Positions 37,078 through 46,754 of a stretch of 48,818 bases of DNA are shown here, one piece after another. Numbering within the stretch: position 1 is the first letter of the stretch; every line of letters begins with the position of its first letter. The notes beneath the pieces were generated by a model. That model had not been told where the DNA came from. It saw only the letters and a list, made by a program, of their open reading frames with translations, and searched no databases. The translations under genes were made by a program, and so were the position numbers. This stretch comes from a virus. Location of the stretch: UHGV virus genome UHGV-1992300; one strand, given 5' to 3'.

Positions 37078-39631
37078 TCTTGTTATTGACCTTAGTCTGG
37101 ATGCTGTCCGTTTCGATGAGCAGATGAGCCGGGTAAGGCGTCATTTTTCAGGTCTGGATACCGACGCCAGAAAAACCGCCAGTGCTGTTGAACAGGGCCT
37201 GAGCCGCCAGGCGCTGGCTGCACAAAAAGCCGGGATTTCCGTCGGGCAGTATAAAGCGGCCATGCGAACCCTGCCCGCACAGTTTACGGATATCGCCACG
37301 CAGCTTGCCGGTGGTCAGAATCCCTGGCTCATCCTGCTGCAACAGGGCGGTCAGGTGAAGGACTCCTTCGGCGGGATGATCCCCATGTTCAGGGGGCTTG
37401 CCGGTGCGATCACCCTGCCGATGGTCGGGGTCACCTCGCTGGCGGTGGCGACAGGTGCGCTGGTGTACGCCTGGTACCAGGGAGATTCCACGCTTTCAGC
37501 GTTTAATAAAACCCTGGTTCTTTCCGGTAATCAGTCCGGACTGACTGCCGATCGTATGCTGACTCTCTCAAGAGCCGGGCAGGCAGCAGGGCTGACGTTT
37601 AACCAGGCGAGAGAGTCACTGGCAGCCCTGGTGAATGCCGGTGTGCGTGGTGGTGAACAGTTTGATGCCATCAACCAGAGTGTCGCGCGTTTTGCGTCTG
37701 CATCCGGTGTGGAGGTGGATAAAGTCGCTGAAGCCTTCGGGAAGCTGACCACTGACCCGACGTCGGGACTGATGGCGATGGCGCGCCAGTTCCGTAACGT
37801 GACGGCAGAGCAGATTGCGTATGTTGCACAGCTGCAGCGTTCCGGAGACGAGGCCGGGGCATTGCAGGCGGCGAACGATATCGCCACGAAAGGCTTTGAT
37901 GAGCAGACCCGTCGCCTGAAAGAAAACATGGGAACACTGGAGACCTGGGCGGATAAAACAGGGAAGGCATTCAAATCGATGTGGGATGCCATTCTGGATA
38001 TCGGTCGTCCTGAATCCTCAGCGGATATGCTCGCCAGTGCGCAGAAGGCATTTGATGAGGCGGATAAAAAATGGCAGTGGTACCAGAGCCGGAGCCAGCG
38101 CCGGGGAAAGACCTCCTCTTTTCGTGCGAACCTTCAGGGGGCATGGGATGACCGGGAAAATGCCCGTCTGGGTCTGGCAGCGGCCACGCTGCAGTCGGAT
38201 ATGGAAAAAGCCGGTGAACTGGCGGCAAGGGACCGGGCTGAGCGTGAGGCGTCACAGCTGAAGTATACCGGAGAGGCGCAGAAGGCGTATGAGCGCCTGC
38301 AGACGCCGCTGGATAAATATACCGCCCGTCAGAAAGAGCTGAATAAGGCCCTGAAAGACGGAAAAATCCTGCAGGCGGATTACAACACGCTGATGGCGTC
38401 GGCAAAAAAGGATTATGAATCGACGCTGAAAAAGCCGTCAGGTGTGAAGGTGTCTGCCGGTGAGCGCCAGGAAGACCGGGCGCATGCAGCCATGCTGGCG
38501 CTTGAAACCGAGCTCAGGACGCTGGAAAAACACAGCGGTGTGAATGAGAAAATCAGCCAGCAGCGCCGGGATTTATGGGAAGCGGAAAATCAGTATGTGG
38601 TCCTGAAAGAGGCCGCCACGAAACGGCAGTTATCTGAGCAGGAAAAATCCCTGCTGGCCCATGAGAAAGAAACGCTGGAGTACAAACGCCAGCTGGCTGA
38701 GCTGGGCGACAAGATAGAACACCAGAAGCGGCTGAATGAGCTGGCACAGCAGGCGGCGCGGTTTGAGCAGCAGCAGAGCGCGAAGCAGGCGGCAATCAGC
38801 GCAAAAGCCCGCGGCCTCACTGACCGTCAGGCGCAGCGGGAGTCGGAAGAGCAGCGCCTTCGTGAGGTGTACGGTGATAATCCGGCTGCGCTGGCGAAGG
38901 CCACATCGGCACTGAAGAACACCTGGTCTGCGGAGGAGCAGCTTCGTGGAAGCTGGATGGCCGGGATGAAGTCCGGCTGGGGCGAGTGGGCGGAAAGTGC
39001 GACGGACAGTTTTTCGCAGGTTAAAAACGCGGCCACGCAGACCTTTGACGGTATTGCACAGAATATGGCGGCGATGCTGACCGGCAGTGAGCAGAACTGG
39101 CGTGGTTTCACCCGTTCCGTGCTCTCCATGCTGACAGAGATTTTTCTGAAGCAGGCAATGGTGGGGATTGTCGGAAGTATCGGCAGCGCCATTGGCGGGG
39201 CTGTTGGTGGTGGCGCATCCGCGTCAGGCGGTACAGCCATTCAGGCAGCTGCGGCGAAATTCCATTTTGCGACCGGAGGATTTACGGGAACCGGCGGCAA
39301 ATATGAACCTGCGGGGATTGTTCATCGCGGGGAGTTTGTCTTCACGAAGGAGGCGACCAGCCGGATTGGTGTCGGCAATCTGTACCGCCTGATGCGGGGC
39401 TATGCGGAAGGTGGTTATGTCGGCGGTGCCGGAAGTCCGGCGCAGATGCGGCGGGCGGAAGGCATTAATTTTAATCAGAACAATCACGTGGTGATTCAGA
39501 ACGACGGCCCCAACGGGCGGGCAGGGCCGCAGCTGATGAAAGCGGTGTATGAGATGGCCCGCAAGGGGGCACAGGATGAACTCCGGCTGCAGTTGCGTGA
39601 TGGCGGTATGTTATCAGGGAGCGGTGGATGA
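37058..39631 (+). CDS. H: tail tape measure protein H
   Basis: 857 aa, Ala/Gln-rich coiled-coil-like, between GT and M. Confidence 0.95.
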   Translation: MSQPVGDLVIDLSLDAVRFDEQMSRVRRHFSGLDTDARKTASAVEQGLSRQALAAQKAGISVGQYKAAMRTLPAQFTDIATQLAGGQNPWLILLQQGGQVKDSFGGMIPMFRGLAGAITLPMVGVTSLAVATGALVYAWYQGDSTLSAFNKTLVLSGNQSGLTADRMLTLSRAGQAAGLTFNQARESLAALVNAGVRGGEQFDAINQSVARFASASGVEVDKVAEAFGKLTTDPTSGLMAMARQFRNVTAEQIAYVAQLQRSGDEAGALQAANDIATKGFDEQTRRLKENMGTLETWADKTGKAFKSMWDAILDIGRPESSADMLASAQKAFDEADKKWQWYQSRSQRRGKTSSFRANLQGAWDDRENARLGLAAATLQSDMEKAGELAARDRAEREASQLKYTGEAQKAYERLQTPLDKYTARQKELNKALKDGKILQADYNTLMASAKKDYESTLKKPSGVKVSAGERQEDRAHAAMLALETELRTLEKHSGVNEKISQQRRDLWEAENQYVVLKEAATKRQLSEQEKSLLAHEKETLEYKRQLAELGDKIEHQKRLNELAQQAARFEQQQSAKQAAISAKARGLTDRQAQRESEEQRLREVYGDNPAALAKATSALKNTWSAEEQLRGSWMAGMKSGWGEWAESATDSFSQVKNAATQTFDGIAQNMAAMLTGSEQNWRGFTRSVLSMLTEIFLKQAMVGIVGSIGSAIGGAVGGGASASGGTAIQAAAAKFHFATGGFTGTGGKYEPAGIVHRGEFVFTKEATSRIGVGNLYRLMRGYAEGGYVGGAGSPAQMRRAEGINFNQNNHVVIQNDGPNGRAGPQLMKAVYEMARKGAQDELRLQLRDGGMLSGSGG

Positions 39632-39957
39632 AAACCTTTCGCTGGAAAGTGAAGCCGGATATGGAGGTGAACTCGCAGCCATCGGTGCGTGAAGTGCGTT
39701 TTGGTTACGGGTACTCACAGCGTATGGCGGCAGGGCTGAATGCTGACCTGAAAACATACAGGGTGACGCTTTCCGTGACCCGGGAGGAGGCCCGGCATCT
39801 GGAAGCGTTCCTGGCAGAGCACGGTGGCTGGAAGGCATTTTTGTGGAAGCCACCCTATGCATACCGGCAGATAAAGGTGACCTGTGCCGGGTGGTCTGCG
39901 CGGGTCGGGATGTTGCGCGTTGAGTTCAGCGCGGAGTTTAAGCAGGTGGTGAACTGA
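39628..39957 (+). CDS. M: minor tail protein M
   Basis: 109 aa, same size and position as lambda M. Confidence 0.9.
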   Translation: MKTFRWKVKPDMEVNSQPSVREVRFGYGYSQRMAAGLNADLKTYRVTLSVTREEARHLEAFLAEHGGWKAFLWKPPYAYRQIKVTCAGWSARVGMLRVEFSAEFKQVVN

Positions 39958-40655
39958 TGCAGGATATTCGCGAAGAAAGTCTGAACGAGTCGGTTAAGTC
40001 AGAGCAGTCACCGCGGGTGGTACTCTGGGAAATCGACCTGACGGTGCAGGGCGGTGAGCGGTATTTTTTCTGCAATGAGCTGAATGAAAAAGGGGAGCCG
40101 GTGACCTGGCAGGGGCGTGAATATCAGGCGTACCCGATTGAGGGGAGTGGCTTTGAGATGAACGGGAAGGGCAGCAGTGCCAGACCATCGCTGACGGTGT
40201 CCAATCTGTTTGGTCTGGTCACCGGGATGGCGGAAGACCTGCAGAGTCTGGTGGGGGCCACGGTGGTCCGCCGCCGGGTGTATGCCCGTTTTCTGGATGC
40301 GGTGAATTTCGTTGCGGGCAATCCGGAGGCGGACCCGGAGCAGGAGCTGAGTGACCGCTGGGTGGTGGAGCAGATGTCGCAGCTGACAGCCATGACGGCC
40401 TCGTTTGTGCTGGCCACACCGACCGAGACGGACGGGGCGCTGTTTCCCGGTCGTATCATGCTGGCGAACACCTGTATGTGGACCTACCGCTCTGATGAGT
40501 GTGGTTACACGGGCGGGGCTGTGGCGGATGAGTTCGACAACCCCACCACGGATATCCGTAAGGACAGATGCAGCAAGTGCATGCGCGGGTGTGAACTGCG
40601 CAGGAATGTCGGCAATTTTGGCGGTTTCCTTTCCATTAATAAACTTTCGCAGTAA
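39957..40655 (+). CDS. L: minor tail protein L
   Basis: 232 aa; C-terminal Cys cluster; lambda L position. Confidence 0.9.
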   Translation: MQDIREESLNESVKSEQSPRVVLWEIDLTVQGGERYFFCNELNEKGEPVTWQGREYQAYPIEGSGFEMNGKGSSARPSLTVSNLFGLVTGMAEDLQSLVGATVVRRRVYARFLDAVNFVAGNPEADPEQELSDRWVVEQMSQLTAMTASFVLATPTETDGALFPGRIMLANTCMWTYRSDECGYTGGAVADEFDNPTTDIRKDRCSKCMRGCELRRNVGNFGGFLSINKLSQ

Positions 40656-40665
40656 ATCCCGGTTT

Positions 40666-41409
40666 ATGACACAGACTGAATCAGCGATTCTGGCGCATGC
40701 CCGGCGGTGTGCGCCTGCGGAGTCGTGCGGCTTCGTGATAAGCACGCCGGAGGGGGAGCGGTATATCCCTTGTGTGAATATTTCCGCGGAGCCGGAGGCG
40801 TATTTTCGTATCGCACCGGAAGACTGGCTGCGGGCAGAGATGCAGGGGGAGATTGTGGCACTGGTCCACAGTCATCCCGGTGGGCTGCCCTGGCTGAGCG
40901 AGGCTGACCGGCGGCTGCAGATAAAAAGCGCACTGCCCTGGTGGCTGGTCTGCCGGGGTGACATTCACAAATTCCGCTGTGTGCCACATCTGACGGGACG
41001 GCGCTTTGAGCACGGGGTGACGGACTGTTACACGCTGTTCCGGGATGCTTATCATCTGGCGGGGACTGAGATGCCGGATTTTCATCGCGAGGATGACTGG
41101 TGGCGTCACGGTCAGAATCTCTATCTGGATAATCTGGAGGCCACAGGGCTGTATCAGGTGCCGTTGTCAGCGGCGCAGCCGGGCGATGTGCTGCTGTGCT
41201 GTTTTGGTTCATCGGTGCCGAATCATGCCGCCATTTACTGTGGTGACGGCGAGCTGCTGCACCATATTCCTGAACAACTGAGTAAACGGGAGAGGTATTC
41301 CGAAAAATGGCAACGACGAACGCATTCTGTCTGGCGTCACCGCCACTGGCACGCATCTGCCTTCACGGGGATTTGCAACGATTTGGCCGCCGCCTCAGCC
41401 TGTATGTGA
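40666..41409 (+). CDS. K: tail assembly protein K (JAB/MPN + NlpC/P60-like)
   Basis: 'HSHPGG' JAB-type motif; overlaps gene I by ~100 nt as in lambda. Confidence 0.85.
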   Translation: MTQTESAILAHARRCAPAESCGFVISTPEGERYIPCVNISAEPEAYFRIAPEDWLRAEMQGEIVALVHSHPGGLPWLSEADRRLQIKSALPWWLVCRGDIHKFRCVPHLTGRRFEHGVTDCYTLFRDAYHLAGTEMPDFHREDDWWRHGQNLYLDNLEATGLYQVPLSAAQPGDVLLCCFGSSVPNHAAIYCGDGELLHHIPEQLSKRERYSEKWQRRTHSVWRHRHWHASAFTGICNDLAAASACM

Positions 41410-41987
41410 ACACGGCAGCGGAAGCCATCCGTGCCCTGTCGTTACAGGTGCCGGGCTTTCGCCGTCAGATGAACGAAGGCTGGTACCAGATACGTATTGC
41501 CGGTGATGACACGGCACCGGAGGCGGTGTACGCCCGTCTTCACGAACAGCTGGGTGAGGGAACGGTCATCCACATTGTGCCGCGACTGGCCGGAGCCGGA
41601 AAGGGCGGACTGCAGATTGTGCTGGGGGCGGCAGCCATCGTGGGCTCTTTCTTCACGGCCGGTGCCTCGATGGCGTTATGGGGTTCAGCCCTGGCAGCCG
41701 GTGGTTTTTCTGCCACCACGATGCTGTTTTCACTGGGGGCCAGCATGATACTGGGCGGTGTGGCCCAGATGCTGGCCCCGAAGGCAAAAACACCGGATTA
41801 CCGCGTAACGGATAACGGCAGACAGAACACGTACTTTTCCTCGCTGGATAACATGATTGCCCAGGGGAACCCGATGCCGGTGCCTTACGGGGAAATGCTG
41901 GTTGGCTCCCGCCGTATATCCCAGGACATCAGCACCCGTGATGAAGGCGGGGGCGGAAAGGTCGTGGTTATCGGGCGGCAGGGGTAA
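41307..41987 (+). CDS. I: tail assembly protein I
   Basis: 226 aa with Gly/Ala-rich hydrophobic C-terminal half; lambda I position; start not verified. Confidence 0.8.
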   Translation: MATTNAFCLASPPLARICLHGDLQRFGRRLSLYVNTAAEAIRALSLQVPGFRRQMNEGWYQIRIAGDDTAPEAVYARLHEQLGEGTVIHIVPRLAGAGKGGLQIVLGAAAIVGSFFTAGASMALWGSALAAGGFSATTMLFSLGASMILGGVAQMLAPKAKTPDYRVTDNGRQNTYFSSLDNMIAQGNPMPVPYGEMLVGSRRISQDISTRDEGGGGKVVVIGRQG

Positions 41988-42200
41988 AAAGAATAAAAAA
42001 ATCCCGCAGTGATCGCGGACAGGAACTGCGGGAGAGTTACGAAGATTAAGTGTAAGGAATTATTCTTATATCACGACAAAAAAATTAACGCAGAGAAATT
42101 ATACGCGCCACAGTCAGTTTGTGAAAATGTGAAGATATTCAGAATTTTTATGCCATTACCGGTTTTAACCAACAGGATTATCGGTGGGCATGAAAGAAAA

Positions 42201-42233
42201 CCCCGGTATCTGCTGATACCGGGGTTTCTCTTT
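42201..42233. terminator. strong bidirectional hairpin terminator between I and J
   Basis: Perfect 10-bp stem CCCCGGTATC-TGCT-GATACCGGGG with an A-tract on one side and a T-rich tract on the other. Confidence 0.6.
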
Positions 42234-42330
42234 AGCATGGCAGAAATGTGTTTCATGCTTTTCGGGCGAAGGATATCCGACTTCTGTACGGAATGGCAAG
42301 TGGCGGTTAATTTATTCAGGGGAAGGCTGT

Positions 42331-45300
42331 ATGGGAAAAGGTGGCGGTAAGGCACACACGCCTCGTGAGGCGAAGGATAATCTCAAATCCACGCAGATGA
42401 TGAGTGTGATTGATGCGATTGGTGAGGGACCGATAGAAGGCCCGGTGAAGGGACTGCAGAGTATCCTGGTGAACAAAACCCCGCTGACGGACACGGACGG
42501 TAATCCCGTGATACACGGTGTGACCGCGGTCTGGCGTGCCGGGGAGCAGGAGCAGACACCACCGGAAGGCTTTGAGTCCTCCGGAGCTGAAACCGGACTG
42601 GGCGTGGAAGTGACGAAGGCAAAACCGGTGACGCGCACCATTACGTCCGCGAACATTGACCGCCTGCGGGTTACCTTCGGGGTGCAGTCACTGGTGGAGA
42701 CCACCTCAAAGGGTGACCGTAACCCGGCATCCGTCCGCCTGCTGATTCAGTTACAGCGTAACGGTAACTGGGTGACAGAAAAGGACGTCACCATTAACGG
42801 CAAGACCACCTCACAGTTCCTGGCCTCGGTGATTCTGGATAATCTGCCTCCCCGGCCCTTTAACATCCGGATGGTCAGGGAGACGGCGGACAGCACCACG
42901 GACCAGCTGCAGAATAAGACGCTGTGGTCGTCATACACCGAAATCATCGATGTGAAACAGTGCTACCCGAACACGGCCATTGTGGGGCTGCAGGTGGATG
43001 CGGAGCAGTTCGGCGGCCAGCAGATGACGGTGAACTACCATATCCGCGGTCGCATCATCCAGGTGCCGTCAAACTATGACCCGGAAAAACGCACGTACAG
43101 TGGTATCTGGGACGGCAGCCTGAAACCGGCATACAGCAACAACCCGGCCTGGTGTCTGTGGGACATGCTGACTCACCCGCGCTACGGCATGGGAAAACGT
43201 CTGGGGGCGGCGGATGTGGACAAGTGGGCGCTGTATGCCATCGGGCAGTACTGCGACCAGACGGTCCCGGATGGTTTCGGGGGGACCGAGCCGCGGATGA
43301 CCTTTAATGCGTACCTGGCACAACAGCGTAAGGCGTGGGACGTTCTCAGTGATTTCTGCTCGGCGATGCGCTGTATGCCGGTATGGAACGGCCAGACGCT
43401 GACGTTCGTTCAGGACCGTCCGTCGGATGTGGTGTGGCCGTACACCAACAGCGATGTGGTGGTGGATGATAACGGCGTGGGGTTCCGCTACAGCTTCAGT
43501 GCCCTGAAGGACCGGCACACGGCGGTGGAGGTGAATTACACCGACCCGCAGAACGGCTGGCAGACCTCCACGGAACTGGTGGAAGACCCGGAAGCCATAC
43601 TGCGCTACGGACGCAACCTGCTGAAGATGGACGCGTTCGGCTGTACCAGCCGCGGTCAGGCCCACCGTGCCGGACTGTGGGTGATAAAGACCGAACTGCT
43701 GGAAACGCAGACGGTGGATTTCACGCTCGGGTCTCAGGGGCTGCGGCACACACCCGGTGACATCATTGAAATCTGTGATAACGACTATGCCGGGACCATG
43801 ACCGGCGGACGTGTCCTGTCCATCGATGCCGCCAGCCGTACCCTGACGCTGGACCGGGAGGTGACACTGCCGGAGACCGGCACGGCCACTGTTAATCTGA
43901 TTAACGGCAGCGGTAAGCCGGCGAGCGTGGCCATTACCGCACACCCCGCGCCGGACCGGATACAGGTCAGTACCCTGCCTGATGGTGTGGAGACATACGG
44001 GGTGTGGGGACTCTCCCTGCCGTCACTGCGTCGTCGCCTGTTTCGCTGTGTCTCCATCCGGGAAAACACGGACGGCACCTTTGCCATCACGGCGGTGCAG
44101 CACGTACCGGAAAAAGAAGCCATTGTGGATAACGGGGCCAGCTTTGAGCCGCAGTCAGGCAGCCTGAACAGCGTTATCCCACCGGCAGTGCAGCACCTGA
44201 CGGTGGAGGTGAGTGCAGCTGACGGTCAGTATCTGGCACAGGCGAAATGGGACACGCCGCGGGTGGTGAAGGGGGTGCGCTTCAGTCTGCGTCTGACCAG
44301 CGGAAGCGGAGAAGACAGCCGTCTGGTGAGCACCGCCATCACCGCAGACACGGAGCACCGTTTCAGTGGTCTGCCGCTGGGGGAATACACCCTGACGGTG
44401 CGGGCCATTAACAGCTACGGCCAGCAGGGCGAACCTGCGACCACCACATTCCGGATTGCCGCACCGGCAGCACCGTCGCGGATTGAGCTGACGCCGGGCT
44501 ATTTTCAGATAACGGCGGTCCCGCGTCTTGCGGTGTATGACCCGACGGTGCAGTTTGAATTCTGGTTCTCAGAAAAACGCATCACGAACACAGCACAGGT
44601 GGAAAAATCTGCCCGTTATCTGGGGACCGGCAGTCAGTGGACTGTCCAGGGGAGCCGGATTAAGCCGGGGACGGATTTCTGGTTTTACGTGCGAAGCGTC
44701 AACCTGGTGGGAAAATCTGCTTTTGTGGAAGCCAGCGGGCAGCCCAGCAATGATGGTGAAGGGTATCTGGAAATTTTCCGGGGGCTGATAGATGAGACGC
44801 TTCTGGGCCAGGCACTGAAAGAGCGCATTGATGCTTCAGCGCTGCGTACGGAGGTCACGCAACTGGAAGAAGATATCCGTCAGCGGATGGACACGGATAT
44901 CGCAGAAGTGACCCGGAAAATCGGGAAGGCGGAAAACAGCCTCACGCAGCTGGTTGCGAAAAAGAATGAGGACCAGACACTGGCCATCGCGCAGGTGAGC
45001 CAGAAAGTGGACCGGGTGAGCAGTGAAATCTCACAGACTGTCAGCCAGGGGCAGTCAGAAAACGCCCGACAGATAGCACAGGTCCGCCAGTACGTGGATA
45101 AAAAAGGGAGTGAAATTACCTCGACCACGGATAAAAAGCTGGGTGACCAGGCCGTGACCATACAGCAAATCCAGCGGGTTCAGTCAGACACGCGCAATGA
45201 GCTGAATGCCATGTATATGCTGAAGGTGCAGAAAACAAAAAACGGTATTCCCTATGTGGCCGGGATTGGCGCGGGGATTGAGGATGTTGATGGTCAGACC

Positions 45301-46023
45301 CTGAGTAACATTCTGCTGCAGGCCGATCGCATTGCGATGATTACCCCGGAGAACGGCAACACCACGCCGCTGTTTGTGGCGCAGGGGAATCAGCTGTTCA
45401 TGAACGACGTGTTCCTGAAGCGACTGTTTGCGGTGAGCATCACGTCATCCGGCAATCCTCCGACGTTTTCCCTGACGCCGGATGGCAGGCTGACAGCCCG
45501 CAATGCGGATATCAGTGGAGCCATCACGGCGAATACCGGCACGCTCAATAATGTCACCATTAACAAGAACTGTGTCATCAGAGGGAAACTGTCTGCAAAC
45601 CAGATTGAAGGCGATCTCGTTAAAACAGTGGGTAAGGCTTTCCCTCGTGACTCCCGTGCACCGAAGCGTTGGCCATCAGGAACCATTACCGTCAGGGTTT
45701 ATGACGATCAGCCGTTTAACCGGCAGATTGTTATTCCGGCGGTGGCTTTCAGCGGTGCCAGACATGAGCGGGAGAACAGCGATACTTATTCGTCATGCCG
45801 CCTGATAGTGAAGAAAAACGGTGCTGAAATTTATAACCGTACCGCGATGGATAATACGCTGGTTTACAGTGGTGTTATTGATATGCCTGCTGGTCGCGGC
45901 GACATGACGCTGGAGTTTTCTGTATCAGCATGGTGGGTAAATGGCTGGTATCCCACAGCAAGTATCAGCGATTTGCTGGTTGTTGTGATGAAGAAAGCCA
46001 CTGCAGGCATCACGATTAGCTGA
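42331..46023 (+). CDS. J: host-specificity / central tail fibre protein J
   Basis: 1230 aa; N-terminus '[22 protein letters not shown]' and most of the length collinear with lambda J; extra coiled-coil-like segment before the C-terminal receptor-binding part. Confidence 0.95.
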   Translation: MGKGGGKAHTPREAKDNLKSTQMMSVIDAIGEGPIEGPVKGLQSILVNKTPLTDTDGNPVIHGVTAVWRAGEQEQTPPEGFESSGAETGLGVEVTKAKPVTRTITSANIDRLRVTFGVQSLVETTSKGDRNPASVRLLIQLQRNGNWVTEKDVTINGKTTSQFLASVILDNLPPRPFNIRMVRETADSTTDQLQNKTLWSSYTEIIDVKQCYPNTAIVGLQVDAEQFGGQQMTVNYHIRGRIIQVPSNYDPEKRTYSGIWDGSLKPAYSNNPAWCLWDMLTHPRYGMGKRLGAADVDKWALYAIGQYCDQTVPDGFGGTEPRMTFNAYLAQQRKAWDVLSDFCSAMRCMPVWNGQTLTFVQDRPSDVVWPYTNSDVVVDDNGVGFRYSFSALKDRHTAVEVNYTDPQNGWQTSTELVEDPEAILRYGRNLLKMDAFGCTSRGQAHRAGLWVIKTELLETQTVDFTLGSQGLRHTPGDIIEICDNDYAGTMTGGRVLSIDAASRTLTLDREVTLPETGTATVNLINGSGKPASVAITAHPAPDRIQVSTLPDGVETYGVWGLSLPSLRRRLFRCVSIRENTDGTFAITAVQHVPEKEAIVDNGASFEPQSGSLNSVIPPAVQHLTVEVSAADGQYLAQAKWDTPRVVKGVRFSLRLTSGSGEDSRLVSTAITADTEHRFSGLPLGEYTLTVRAINSYGQQGEPATTTFRIAAPAAPSRIELTPGYFQITAVPRLAVYDPTVQFEFWFSEKRITNTAQVEKSARYLGTGSQWTVQGSRIKPGTDFWFYVRSVNLVGKSAFVEASGQPSNDGEGYLEIFRGLIDETLLGQALKERIDASALRTEVTQLEEDIRQRMDTDIAEVTRKIGKAENSLTQLVAKKNEDQTLAIAQVSQKVDRVSSEISQTVSQGQSENARQIAQVRQYVDKKGSEITSTTDKKLGDQAVTIQQIQRVQSDTRNELNAMYMLKVQKTKNGIPYVAGIGAGIEDVDGQTLSNILLQADRIAMITPENGNTTPLFVAQGNQLFMNDVFLKRLFAVSITSSGNPPTFSLTPDGRLTARNADISGAITANTGTLNNVTINKNCVIRGKLSANQIEGDLVKTVGKAFPRDSRAPKRWPSGTITVRVYDDQPFNRQIVIPAVAFSGARHERENSDTYSSCRLIVKKNGAEIYNRTAMDNTLVYSGVIDMPAGRGDMTLEFSVSAWWVNGWYPTASISDLLVVVMKKATAGITIS

Positions 46024-46041
46024 ATTTTATAACCCATATAC

Positions 46042-46066
46042 GGGCGCCAGAAATGGCGCCTTTTTT
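46042..46066 (+). terminator. intrinsic terminator after J
   Basis: GGGCGCC-AGAAAT-GGCGCC followed by TTTTTT. Confidence 0.6.
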
Positions 46067-46090
46067 ATTGCAGAAAAGCGAGAGGTAATT

Positions 46091-46690
46091 ATGCGTAAAT
46101 TATGTGCAGCCATTTTGTCCGCAGCCATCTGTCTGTCCGTATCCGGTGCGCCTGCATGGGCGTCTGAACATCAGTCCACACTGAGCGCGGGGTATCTTCA
46201 TGCCCGTACGAACGCTCCCGGCAGCGATAATCTGAACGGGATTAACGTGAAATACCGTTATGAGTTTACGGACGCGCTGGGGCTGATTACGTCCTTCAGT
46301 TATGCCAATGCTGAGGATGAGCAAAAAACGCACTACAGCGATACCCGCTGGCATGAAGATTCCGTGCGTAACCGCTGGTTCAGCGTGATGGCGGGGCCGT
46401 CTGTACGCGTGAATGAATGGTTCAGCGCGTATGCGATGGTGGGTGTGGCTTACAGCCGTGTGTCGACTTTCTCCGGGGATTATCTCCGCGTAACTGACAA
46501 CAAGGGGAAAACGCACGATGTGCTGACCGGAAGTGATGACGGTCGCCACAGCAACACGTCTCTGGCGTGGGGGGCTGGCGTGCAGTTTAACCCGACCGAA
46601 TCCGTGGCCATTGACCTTGCTTATGAAGGTTCCGGCAGTGGTGACTGGCGCACTGACGGTTTCATCGTGGGTGTCGGTTATAAATTCTGA
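46091..46690 (+). CDS. lom: Lom/Ail-family outer-membrane beta-barrel protein
   Basis: Signal peptide; sequence with C-terminal 'GVGYKF' matches the Lom family; lambda lom position; own terminator on each side. Confidence 0.9.
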   Translation: MRKLCAAILSAAICLSVSGAPAWASEHQSTLSAGYLHARTNAPGSDNLNGINVKYRYEFTDALGLITSFSYANAEDEQKTHYSDTRWHEDSVRNRWFSVMAGPSVRVNEWFSAYAMVGVAYSRVSTFSGDYLRVTDNKGKTHDVLTGSDDGRHSNTSLAWGAGVQFNPTESVAIDLAYEGSGSGDWRTDGFIVGVGYKF

Positions 46691-46716
46691 TTAGCCAGGT
46701 AACACAGTGTTATGAC

Positions 46717-46743
46717 AGCCCGCCGGTTCAGGCGGGCTTTTTT
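46717..46743 (+). terminator. intrinsic terminator after lom
   Basis: AGCCCGCC-GGTTCA-GGCGGGCT followed by TTTTTT. Confidence 0.6.
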
Positions 46744-46754
46744 GTGGAGTGGAT

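Noticed and set aside
40008-41356. Long minus-strand ORFs (245 and 230 aa) across tail genes L and K
   Set aside because: Antisense ORFs in GC-rich tail-gene sequence with Arg/Pro/Ala-biased composition; the plus-strand genes are collinear with lambda.
42009-42355. 113-aa plus-strand and 94-aa minus-strand ORFs in the I-J spacer
   Set aside because: Both read through the perfect 10-bp hairpin terminator; the region looks structured and non-coding rather than protein-coding.
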